A stretch of DNA of 39,400 nt from a virus (taxonomy: Duplodnaviria; Caudoviricetes). The translations under genes and the position numbers were made by a program. The stretch lies in the IMG/VR virus record IMGVR_UViG_3300007764_000002, positions 1 through 39,400 of that record, one strand, 5' to 3'. Within the stretch, counting starts at the first letter, position 1. Every line of letters starts with the position of its first letter. The notes beneath the pieces are model-generated. The model was not told the DNA's origin, did not search any database, and saw only the letters and a list, made by a program, of their open reading frames with translations. Below are positions 17,506 through 25,818 of the stretch, one piece after another.

Positions 17506-17717
17506 AGAATATACCTACACCTACACAACTATTGACAGTTCCTGAAATCCTTGAGTACCTGAAGGAATACCGGGGTATGAGAGTATCACGAGCCACTGTC
17601 TACAACTGGATCACTAAAGGTCGAAAGGGCCAGACATTGAAGATCACAAAGAAGTATCGATCTACATTGATAAAAAGGGGAGACCTTGATGAGTTCATCA
17701 ACACCTATTGTTATTGA
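17502..17717 (+). CDS. Excisionase-like HTH (HTH_17/MerR-like) DNA-binding protein
   Basis: LLTVPEILEYL...VSRATVYNWITKG...IKRGDLDEFI. Confidence 0.8.
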   Translation: MKNIPTPTQLLTVPEILEYLKEYRGMRVSRATVYNWITKGRKGQTLKITKKYRSTLIKRGDLDEFINTYCY

Positions 17718-18045
17718 GTGCGATAGTCAATGGTTGGATGTGCAAAGATATTCTCTTGCCGCACTTCATCACATTGTTGAGAACAAGCTGTCACTTTACT
17801 GGGATTATAAGGGGATGGTTCGCCTTATCCCTGCTGCAATCTTGGCGAATGTCGTACAACGAGTAGAGGAAGAGCGAGCGTTTAAACAACGCAAGGGGTA
17901 TCCTTCATCCTCAAATGCTAATTTCTCAAGGATTAGCATATTCCAAACGGTCACGTCAAAATACTCAGGGCCAGCCGCACGAGTCCAACACCTGACGCCC
18001 CTGCCGCCAGTCCCACGCCAGCCGCAATCCACACAACCCGATTAA
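17689..18045 (+). CDS. Hypothetical protein, last of the + arm
   Basis: GGGGAG RBS; 3' end overlaps the convergent gene by 95 nt, so the extent is uncertain. Confidence 0.45.
   Translation: MSSSTPIVIECDSQWLDVQRYSLAALHHIVENKLSLYWDYKGMVRLIPAAILANVVQRVEEERAFKQRKGYPSSSNANFSRISIFQTVTSKYSGPAARVQHLTPLPPVPRQPQSTQPD
17915..17939. terminator. Hairpin at the convergence of the two arms
   Basis: ATGCTAAT/ATTAGCAT inverted repeat about 11 nt beyond the stop of the last - strand gene. Confidence 0.35.
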
Positions 18046-18241
18046 ATCGCTGCTCTATGCGACCATGAGCAGTGTCGGAGGCATCATGTTTTTCAATCAT
18101 AAGATGAGTATGCTCTCGAAGTGCTTTTTGTTGCTGGGGGAAAACCTCTTGAAGATAGTGGTCGAAATAACGGCGGGTCTGCAACTCCGCAAGTTGCTCC
18201 ACTTCTCGTCGCTGATTTGAATTTAATGGTTGGTCACTCAT
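17951..18241 (-). CDS. Coiled-coil protein with C-terminal TM helix (holin-like)
   Basis: AGGAG RBS; VVWIAAGVGLAAGASGVGLV hydrophobic tail; last gene of the late arm. Confidence 0.7.
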   Translation of the reverse strand: MSDQPLNSNQRREVEQLAELQTRRYFDHYLQEVFPQQQKALREHTHLMIEKHDASDTAHGRIEQRFNRVVWIAAGVGLAAGASGVGLVRLALSILT

Positions 18242-18244
18242 AAC

Positions 18245-21200
18245 TTACTCCTGTACAAATCCTACTTTCTTAGCGAGACGACTACCAAAGGTCGTCTCAT
18301 GTCCAGTTAAATCTAACTGCCTCTTCAGATCACCCCGAAGATTTTGAACAGTCAAGGGTTTTGTTCGGCCATCGCCCGGTCCTTGTTTGCGGCGGTCATT
18401 ATAAATCTTGAGCATCAGTTGAACATCATGGGTGTGACCGTTCCGTAGAGCTTTGGCTGCTTCAACACGTAGCTGCTTTAATTTTGCCCTATAATCTTTT
18501 TTGGCGAGTTCCTTTGTTATGTGGTATCCCCGCCCAAACGGTGCCCAGTAATACATAAGCTCCCCAACTACGGGCATATATCGAATGCTTCGTAGCCCGG
18601 CAGAATTAGTCGTTAAGTCTTGCCACGTCGCAGTTGCAATCCCAAATGGGGGAGTGATATAGTCCATAGCTGTCTGAACCGGGTCCTCGCTTGCCTTCCC
18701 AACCATATACCTGTTTAAACCCACTGTTCCAAGCATTGCCTCGACAGACCGGTCAGGAATATCAGACGCATTTACAGGTTTACCTCGCAGCCAGTCCTTG
18801 AGAATGTCAACCCCAAATCCTACTAGACCGAAGTATGCGATATACCGTGCTAAGTGAGCCAGCCCTTCTTGACGTTGGCCGGGAATAGCAATCTTACGAA
18901 CCATGTCCCGACGAACATGGTCTAGTTGCATCGCGGTAAAAGTCTTCAAAGCATATAAAATTCTACCGTTCGGCATGTCCAGATAGTTCCTCGGCATGCT
19001 ACTTAAAGTCAAGGGTTGAACCTTGGAGATATCAAGGAACAATAAATACTTAGCGTCCTCGGTTCGTTTTCCTTCTCTGATATCTTGCATGGTCTGACGA
19101 AATCGCTCTTGTCCTAACACTGGCTCGTAGTCTCGTTTTAGACGTCTGTAGATTTCTCCATTCGGTTTCGCTGCGGCATCAGAAAAAGCGTATTGAGCCG
19201 AGTTAATTCGAGACTCTTTTCCAAATCTGTCGAGAGCTTTAAAGCCTGTTTTTCTCATCACCCAATCGGTCGCCTTGGCAATTCTTCCCACGTCTCGAAA
19301 TTCCTCGCCGGTATCATGCAGGCCGATATCCTCCATCATATAGCGACGTTCAGCCCCTGAAATTTTAAGGGTAGTGGCAACGCCCTTAATCGTGGGCCTG
19401 ATTCCATGTTCTGCCGCTGTCATCCCAACGTCAGTTAGCTGGGTCAGACTACTGCGGAACTGGCCAAGTGTCATAAGGTAGACGAACTGTTTAAACGCTC
19501 TAGCCATTCTGCTCGGCGTGAGAATGTCTGCTGTAAATCTAGCAGTCAAAAGATCGTGCAGTTCAGCCTGCTGATCTTTATTGAGTCTCCCGGCATCAAT
19601 CTCTCGTTGAACAATCGATCCGATGGTCTCGTCCAGATTTTCAGGAGTGTGATTCCTGCCTAAAAATCTTGATCGTTCAGCCGCGTAGGTCGCCCCATCG
19701 ATATACCGGAAAGCTGCATCAAACGGATCAGCATAGTGACTTAGAGCATCCCGAGAGATTATATCAATAGATCGTGCACGAGCATTCGGGATACCCACAC
19801 TCCCCGGTTTTCGTGGTCCATAACCTTGAATGACACTATTTGCGATAGCTGCTTTCTGGTCCGCTGTGAGAGTGTGTCGGCCCTTCATCTTCCGAGCAAG
19901 GTTCCACGCATCTTCAAATTTCCCGGTGTCTTTCCCGAACTCCGCTTTAAAGGCTCTGTAATCCTTGATAAACCGAGGCCAATAATCTTCGACGTCACCG
20001 ATTGTAACCCCTGCGGCTCTCTGGTTGTCGAGAAGGTTTCGGAAGGTTGCAGAGAATGAATCAAGGTCATCCGCGAGCTTAGGATTAATATCACGTAGTA
20101 ACGACCGAGCAGAATCAAAGTCTTGATTCAACACGTGATACTTGAAATCATCCAGTTTACCGGCCTTCTTAAGAGCCGACTTGAGACGAAACGCAGGATC
20201 ACTGAGATCACGTTTTAGAGTTTCACGGGCACGATGGGTATCAAATTCCATACGGCTCAGGCGAGCAAATATCGGGGTGCTGATATCATGGATACGGCTG
20301 ATGATTGGAGTAACCCAATCTTCAATCGCTTGCGGTACTCGACGTTTATGAGCCGTACCTTCCATTGGCGGAGTTTTGAGTACCACTTCTCGGGCTGTCC
20401 GCAAGCGTTCGGCTTTTTGATCCCGAGCCGCCTGATACTCTTCCTGCCTTTGACGAAGTAATCTCATGGCTTCTCGTACACCCTCAACCGGCTTACCTGC
20501 TTCAGCGAGAGCAGCCTGAGCCTCGTTGCGAGTTGTCGCTTCACCTAACGAGGATTTTATCTCCAGTTTCCGGGCCTTCATCCCCGCCGAGGCTGTATCG
20601 AGAAGGTTACGCCATGATCGACGACTGGCAGGATCAACAGTAACGGGTTCGCCGACCACAAAGGCAGATACACCCGGTACTATAGACTCTTTCCCAAAGG
20701 CTTGTTCAATTCGATCTCTCACCGCAGCGGCTTCCTTCGCTCCAGTATCAGGGAGAAGCACGGCGAACTCGTCACCCCCGTAATGGAAAGCGTCGCCAAT
20801 ACGACCCTGTCCACCTCCCCGCAAAGTGGAGTCTAGGACCTGCTGAACTCGCTGTAGGTACTGATCGCCCGCTGATTCCCCCAGTTTATCATTGTACGCC
20901 TTGAGATTTGCTGCATCGAAAGCGATAAGAGAAATGGGTTTTCCAGATTTCTTACTTCGCTGACGAAGAACCCCAAATACCTTTTCAAAGGCGGTACGAT
21001 TCATGCCTCCAGTCAGGGCGTTACGCCGGGCTTCATCGACAAGCTGGCGAATTTTCGCTTCATCCTCGGGCTTAATATTCTTTCCACCCTTACGAAGGGA
21101 GCTTATCAACGCGTCAGCTTCCTCAGTGACAGCATCACTCGCCTGTCGTCCAGCCTCGGTCTTAGGCGTCGGCTCAGGACGAACAGGTTCAGTCGGCACC

Positions 21201-23152
21201 ATCTGGCCCTCAGACACAAACTCCGCTGTCTGGCCCGGCAGCAAGCGGTTAGTATCAGGACGAGGCGGCTGGTTGCGTGCTTCCTCAAGTGCTCGTCGCT
21301 GAGCCTCTGTAGTCGCTTCTCCTGACGGGTTGACCTCGATAACTCCTGTGCCCTCCCGGGGAGTTTCGAGCTTCTGACGAGCTTGCTCTAGTTCCCGCTG
21401 AGCGTCAGAAACTCGCTGTTCTGCTACCCCAACCTCATCAGGAAGTTGTCGAGACGTAGGAGCCGGTTCCCCTGTGATCTGGAGATCGTTTGCTTTCGCG
21501 TCTGTTTCAGGCACCCACATCCGCACCGTCTCTTCACCGCGTAATTCAGCAGCCTTCGCCCGGGTGTTTCCGTCGATGATTGAAAATCGACCAGTATTTT
21601 TATCAACCCCAGCGATTCCTCTTGGTGCGGTTTCTGAGGGCATGTCAGCATATGCCTTCTCAACGCCGGGTTGGTACTGGGGGTTAATGTCAACCTTATT
21701 AAGAGGAAGATCGACAGGCACGTAATTGTCGTTTGGATTGGCAAGAGTTTCTTTGGCTTGTGCCTCAAAAAAATCCTGCGTAGGTTTCTGTTCAGCGGGT
21801 TTGATTCTGACATCAGGGTCAGTTTCTGACGAAATCTTAGTCACGTCCTGTAAGGTTAGAGCTTGAGGGACGTTTCGTTCCGCTTCGATAGGATGCAGTT
21901 GTCCTATCATCTCCTGACGTGTACGTTCGGGAACATGGCCGCCTTGCTTTGCTCCCAACGCTCCGAGGGGGGCGAGTAAAATGCCGCTGGCAAAAGCCTC
22001 ACCCATCCCATCAGCGATAGCAACATGAGGATTGACTCCCTGCCGTATAGCATTAGAGATGCCAGTTATGGTACTCATAACCGCTCCCGTCTTAAGAGAA
22101 CCTCCTGTAAACTTTGCCGAAGATAGCAAGAGTTTTTTAATCGCTCCTTTATCTCCTGCTTCAATAAGGCTTTTTAATTTGGGGGCTTCTTTGAGAACCC
22201 TTCCCATTTTCCCGAAAATCCCTTCCAGCAGGACGGCTCCAGCACCCTGAACTAGGCCAACACCTGTAGCGGTGGTATACTCTGCGGTCTTTGAAATGTC
22301 GGCTCCTTGAGATCGTAGTGCTGCGACTTCTCTTCGAGTACCACCGAATCCTTCCGCTCCGAAGATCGTGGCCAGACCAACACCGCCTGTAGCGGCGAGA
22401 GCGGGAAGCTTAAAAGCTTCACCCAGTAACTGACCCCCTTTTCCAGAAACACTCTCGGTGTTCGGGTTCAGGAAGGCCGCGTATGACGACCTCATCTCGT
22501 TGGCTGTCTCGGGAGCAACAGTTCCAATCAGGTTAGCGGGAAGTTCACCGATGTCTTGCATAACATTTAAGCCAACATTATGCAAGCGTCCCAGCATAGT
22601 ATCCTCACGTTGCTGTTGCTCACGTTGCTTTTGCTCTTGGACAAAGTTTCGACTAGAAAGATCAGTACGACCAGCTTGATTTTTGTACCGGTCAAAGATT
22701 GCTTCCTGTTCGCCAGGAGTAACAGGTTTCCCTTCTCTCTTGTTCATCTGGATGTGAGCCACAGCCCACTCCGCCGCCGTTCCGGGCGTGACACCTGTAG
22801 CCATTAAGCGAGCTTGATCTGTGTCTGAAACGCCGCCTTGTTGTAAGACTCGTTGCATGTAGTCAGGTACGGCCTGCTTGGCTGCTTGCGGTCCTAAAAT
22901 TCCCCGTCGCTTCAACTCTTGAACAACTTGTGCCTGACGTTGAGTTAAGTTTCCTGCTTCAATACGCCTCTTTAATTCAGCAGCAATCTGCTCTCTACGC
23001 GACGTGGCATTAGGTACAGCCTGCGTAGATGCTTGTGGTCCTAAAACTCCCCGTCGCTTCAACTCTTGAACAGCTTGTGCCTGACGTTGAGTTAAGCTTC
23101 CTGCTTCAATTCGCCGGTTTAATTCCGCAATGATCTGATCTCTAGTCGGCAT
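18245..23152 (-). CDS. Large internal virion/ejection protein, polyvalent: N-terminal repeat, Gly/Ala-rich membrane region, ParB/Srx-like domain, GGDEF domain, helical C-terminal region
   Basis: 1635 aa, third and largest of three genes after the tail genes (ejection-protein position); IIDGNTRAKAA; ALTG..NR..F, FDAANLKAYND..G...GD, YGGDEFAVLLP. Confidence 0.85.
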   Translation of the reverse strand: MPTRDQIIAELNRRIEAGSLTQRQAQAVQELKRRGVLGPQASTQAVPNATSRREQIAAELKRRIEAGNLTQRQAQVVQELKRRGILGPQAAKQAVPDYMQRVLQQGGVSDTDQARLMATGVTPGTAAEWAVAHIQMNKREGKPVTPGEQEAIFDRYKNQAGRTDLSSRNFVQEQKQREQQQREDTMLGRLHNVGLNVMQDIGELPANLIGTVAPETANEMRSSYAAFLNPNTESVSGKGGQLLGEAFKLPALAATGGVGLATIFGAEGFGGTRREVAALRSQGADISKTAEYTTATGVGLVQGAGAVLLEGIFGKMGRVLKEAPKLKSLIEAGDKGAIKKLLLSSAKFTGGSLKTGAVMSTITGISNAIRQGVNPHVAIADGMGEAFASGILLAPLGALGAKQGGHVPERTRQEMIGQLHPIEAERNVPQALTLQDVTKISSETDPDVRIKPAEQKPTQDFFEAQAKETLANPNDNYVPVDLPLNKVDINPQYQPGVEKAYADMPSETAPRGIAGVDKNTGRFSIIDGNTRAKAAELRGEETVRMWVPETDAKANDLQITGEPAPTSRQLPDEVGVAEQRVSDAQRELEQARQKLETPREGTGVIEVNPSGEATTEAQRRALEEARNQPPRPDTNRLLPGQTAEFVSEGQMVPTEPVRPEPTPKTEAGRQASDAVTEEADALISSLRKGGKNIKPEDEAKIRQLVDEARRNALTGGMNRTAFEKVFGVLRQRSKKSGKPISLIAFDAANLKAYNDKLGESAGDQYLQRVQQVLDSTLRGGGQGRIGDAFHYGGDEFAVLLPDTGAKEAAAVRDRIEQAFGKESIVPGVSAFVVGEPVTVDPASRRSWRNLLDTASAGMKARKLEIKSSLGEATTRNEAQAALAEAGKPVEGVREAMRLLRQRQEEYQAARDQKAERLRTAREVVLKTPPMEGTAHKRRVPQAIEDWVTPIISRIHDISTPIFARLSRMEFDTHRARETLKRDLSDPAFRLKSALKKAGKLDDFKYHVLNQDFDSARSLLRDINPKLADDLDSFSATFRNLLDNQRAAGVTIGDVEDYWPRFIKDYRAFKAEFGKDTGKFEDAWNLARKMKGRHTLTADQKAAIANSVIQGYGPRKPGSVGIPNARARSIDIISRDALSHYADPFDAAFRYIDGATYAAERSRFLGRNHTPENLDETIGSIVQREIDAGRLNKDQQAELHDLLTARFTADILTPSRMARAFKQFVYLMTLGQFRSSLTQLTDVGMTAAEHGIRPTIKGVATTLKISGAERRYMMEDIGLHDTGEEFRDVGRIAKATDWVMRKTGFKALDRFGKESRINSAQYAFSDAAAKPNGEIYRRLKRDYEPVLGQERFRQTMQDIREGKRTEDAKYLLFLDISKVQPLTLSSMPRNYLDMPNGRILYALKTFTAMQLDHVRRDMVRKIAIPGQRQEGLAHLARYIAYFGLVGFGVDILKDWLRGKPVNASDIPDRSVEAMLGTVGLNRYMVGKASEDPVQTAMDYITPPFGIATATWQDLTTNSAGLRSIRYMPVVGELMYYWAPFGRGYHITKELAKKDYRAKLKQLRVEAAKALRNGHTHDVQLMLKIYNDRRKQGPGDGRTKPLTVQNLRGDLKRQLDLTGHETTFGSRLAKKVGFVQE
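22865..23143 (-). repeat. Tandem 147-nt (49-aa) duplication at the N-terminus of the ejection protein
   Basis: RDQIIAELNRRIEAGSLTQRQAQAVQELKRRGVLGPQA vs REQIAAELKRRIEAGNLTQRQAQVVQELKRRGILGPQA; DNA also highly similar. Confidence 0.9.
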
Positions 23153-23155
23153 CTA

Positions 23156-24145
23156 TTACCCTCCGAGTGCTGCACGTAAAAGGTCTGCGGTAGACATGCT
23201 GCTGACGTCTGTTTGTGAGGTAGTAGGCGGTGTGGCTTGGGAAGCTGTACCGCTAATAACCTGCTGATATTGGGCTTGCTTAGCCTTAATCTCCGCAAGG
23301 GTTTGCTGGTAGTCATTATATAGTTGAGCGGCGTCGGCGTTCCCACCAGTAGATACTGAACTATACGGTTGACCGGGTAAGAACACATCAGCAAGATTTC
23401 TCAGTCCTTCTGTAAAATTCCCACCAATCGGTCTAAACTCAGGACTGAACTGAGAAGCTGGCCCGTTCGGGTTAAATTTTTTATCCTGTACCTGTTTCGC
23501 TTGTGCCTCTGCCTTCCGTTGTAGGCTATTGATCTCGCTAGAAATTTGACGGGCGGTAAGAACAGTTTGATACTGGGGGGATAGTTGACCTGAAGACTCT
23601 TGACGTCGCTTCAAAGCTTTATCAGACGCTGTGCGTAGTTGAGCCATCGTAACATCAGGAGCAGAAGCAAGAATCTGTAATCCTTGAGCTTCTTCAGGGC
23701 TAAGGTCATTTGCTGCTACTACATTTTTAACATAGTCCACTTTTGACTGAGATGCGGGAGCTTCCTGCGGTTGGAGGATTTTACTAATCGTGGATCGATC
23801 TCCGTACTGACTTGCAAGAGTCAGACGAGCCTGATCCTCAGGGGTCAGCCCTAGAGTTTGGGCTGCCTCTTGTTGCTGTTGTTGCTGCATGGCAGGGGAG
23901 ACCGTGGACATTGGAGTAGATGAAGGACGCTGTACCGCATAACTACGCTGGCGGTCCATTGCAGCTTGCAGGGCTTGCTGATCGGCAGCTAACCGCTGTT
24001 GATCCTGCATAGCGTAATACTGACGAACATTGGCTATCGTCTGTTGATCGAGAGCCTGTTGCCGGGCAAATGCTTGACCTTGACCCACACCTTTAGCTGC
24101 CTCTAAAAGTTGAGCAGGGTTGTCATATCGGAGTGTGATTGCCAT
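23156..24145 (-). CDS. Middle internal virion/ejection protein
   Basis: Gln/Ala-rich helical 329 aa, position before the large ejection protein. Confidence 0.65.
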   Translation of the reverse strand: MAITLRYDNPAQLLEAAKGVGQGQAFARQQALDQQTIANVRQYYAMQDQQRLAADQQALQAAMDRQRSYAVQRPSSTPMSTVSPAMQQQQQQEAAQTLGLTPEDQARLTLASQYGDRSTISKILQPQEAPASQSKVDYVKNVVAANDLSPEEAQGLQILASAPDVTMAQLRTASDKALKRRQESSGQLSPQYQTVLTARQISSEINSLQRKAEAQAKQVQDKKFNPNGPASQFSPEFRPIGGNFTEGLRNLADVFLPGQPYSSVSTGGNADAAQLYNDYQQTLAEIKAKQAQYQQVISGTASQATPPTTSQTDVSSMSTADLLRAALGG

Positions 24146-24155
24146 ATCTTATTCC

Positions 24156-25052
24156 TTACGCAATTTTCCACCCGTACGGAATGCGTCCAGCTTCCATCGC
24201 TTGAACGCCGGTCATTCCAGCGGGTATTGTTACAGTTTTAGTTGTGCCGATTGGTACTCCAGCATGAACACTCGAAGCCACAATCTGCACAGAATTTCCG
24301 CCACTGGTAGCCTCAGAGTTCGTCCCAAACATTCCGGCGGCTTCAGGGGGAGTCGTGGAACTGGCCTGTGGAAGATTGTTCGGGAGGCCCGGATTAGTGT
24401 AGATGTTCCCGCCCATATTTGTAGGAGAAGAACCACCGGCTGGATTTGTGTATGTGCTTCCCCCGCCCGCTGTCGGGGCAGAACCAGCGGCTGCCTGAGC
24501 CGCAACTTGAGAGCTAAAGCCACTACCCGCAGGTAGGCCACGACCCACGGATGTCGTAGTCTTCTGACCGCTGGGAGCAGCCGCTAACTGTTGAATCAGG
24601 GACGCATAAGTAGACAGGTTAGGGCCGATGTCATTCCGACTCTGAATGGCGTTCGCTTTTAACTGCCCGATTCCCAACTCGGCACCTGCTCGATTCTGTA
24701 GTATCTGAGCCAATTGAGCCGCAACCTGCTCGTTGATTCCCTGCATTGCAAGGTTTTTATCAGAAGCAATACCTCGCCTCACTGAAGATCGGATAGTCGT
24801 ATTGCCAAGTCCCCGGCTTATGAGGTTCTGGTCGGCAGTTCCTAAATTTTTCAAGTAGTTCTGCTGGGTTTGGGTCTTAGCTGTCTGACCTATAGTGGAG
24901 GCATTCTTCATAGCTTCTCCATAGGTCGAGCCAACTTGTGTTCCGAGGTTGCCAATCATATCAAGCAATTGCGTATATCTCTGTTGATTCGCCGTGTTAG
25001 CCTGATCCTGAGCCTGTTGGTACTGTTTAATTAGATCATTTGCTGTAACCAC
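24156..25052 (-). CDS. Small internal virion/ejection (DNA transfer) protein
   Basis: Q/A/G/N-rich, L.SRGLG.TT pattern, low-complexity C-terminal half. Confidence 0.65.
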   Translation of the reverse strand: MVTANDLIKQYQQAQDQANTANQQRYTQLLDMIGNLGTQVGSTYGEAMKNASTIGQTAKTQTQQNYLKNLGTADQNLISRGLGNTTIRSSVRRGIASDKNLAMQGINEQVAAQLAQILQNRAGAELGIGQLKANAIQSRNDIGPNLSTYASLIQQLAAAPSGQKTTTSVGRGLPAGSGFSSQVAAQAAAGSAPTAGGGSTYTNPAGGSSPTNMGGNIYTNPGLPNNLPQASSTTPPEAAGMFGTNSEATSGGNSVQIVASSVHAGVPIGTTKTVTIPAGMTGVQAMEAGRIPYGWKIA

Positions 25053-25053
25053 T

Positions 25054-25818
25054 TTATTCCCCTATCCATATCATATTGATCGAACCCTGTTCTAGGTCAT
25101 AGTCCTGTGATGGAGTTTGAAGGTCCTGAATTTGTAACCATATTGCTTGAGAAGCTGTGAGAGATAAAATCGCAGTCCCTGAAACATGTGTCGGAGACCC
25201 CGATCCTATAAAATGAGCATGAGTTTTTCCAGCCGGAGCAGCCCCATCGACAGTCACTCCGACATGATACTCACTTAGATTACCACCAGAACCAGATACC
25301 TCCCAGTTTACTAAGTATTTACCTGCCGTAGCTGCTACTAGCTGGTATCCATACGTGGCATCTTGTGTCGCACCCTTTAAGTTACCAGCGGTATCAATGC
25401 CGGTAATCGAGTACCAAGTGTTTGTACTACTAATAGTGACTGTCGCAGACGTATGAGTCCACAGTTCCCCATAGTCGGGAGCAAGCACAAGATTGCTGCT
25501 GCTTGTAGTCAGCCCAGTCCCGACGTTTAAACCGATTCCACTAGAGTCTCGTTTTACAGGGGCAGCAACCTTGGCTCGGATTCCATTGTTACTATCAAAT
25601 TCCAGTCCCGGATCAGTAGCAAGATTTATCGCAATCCCAGCGGATAGCTGTTCTAGTCCCTTGCTTGGATCAATCAATAACTGAACATACCCATCACCGT
25701 CAAGATATATAACACCAGCGGGATCAATAAATTCAACACGAGAGGCCAGATTTTGAGCATTCCTTCGTGCTCGCACAGGCATTCCCGGAGTCCGATCTTG
25801 TCCGCGTAATCCACCCAT
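25054..25818 (-). CDS. Short tail fibre/needle: beta-spiral-like shaft with C1q/BclA-like head
   Basis: GL-x5-GI repeats (KGLEQLSAGIAINL, PGLEFDSNNGIRAKV, GTGLTTSSSNLVL); AGKYLVNWEVS...SGTAILSLTASQAIWLQI. Confidence 0.6.
   Translation of the reverse strand: MGGLRGQDRTPGMPVRARRNAQNLASRVEFIDPAGVIYLDGDGYVQLLIDPSKGLEQLSAGIAINLATDPGLEFDSNNGIRAKVAAPVKRDSSGIGLNVGTGLTTSSSNLVLAPDYGELWTHTSATVTISSTNTWYSITGIDTAGNLKGATQDATYGYQLVAATAGKYLVNWEVSGSGGNLSEYHVGVTVDGAAPAGKTHAHFIGSGSPTHVSGTAILSLTASQAIWLQIQDLQTPSQDYDLEQGSINMIWIGE

Noticed and set aside
17502-17717. Excisionase implying a prophage
   Set aside because: No integrase, att site, CI-type repressor or host genes in the window; such HTH proteins are common in lytic phages
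20765-20779. GGDEF as a Cas10/polymerase palm or reverse transcriptase motif
   Set aside because: Flanking LTG..NR and K..ND..G...GD motifs are those of diguanylate cyclases; Cas10 has GGDD and RTs YxDD
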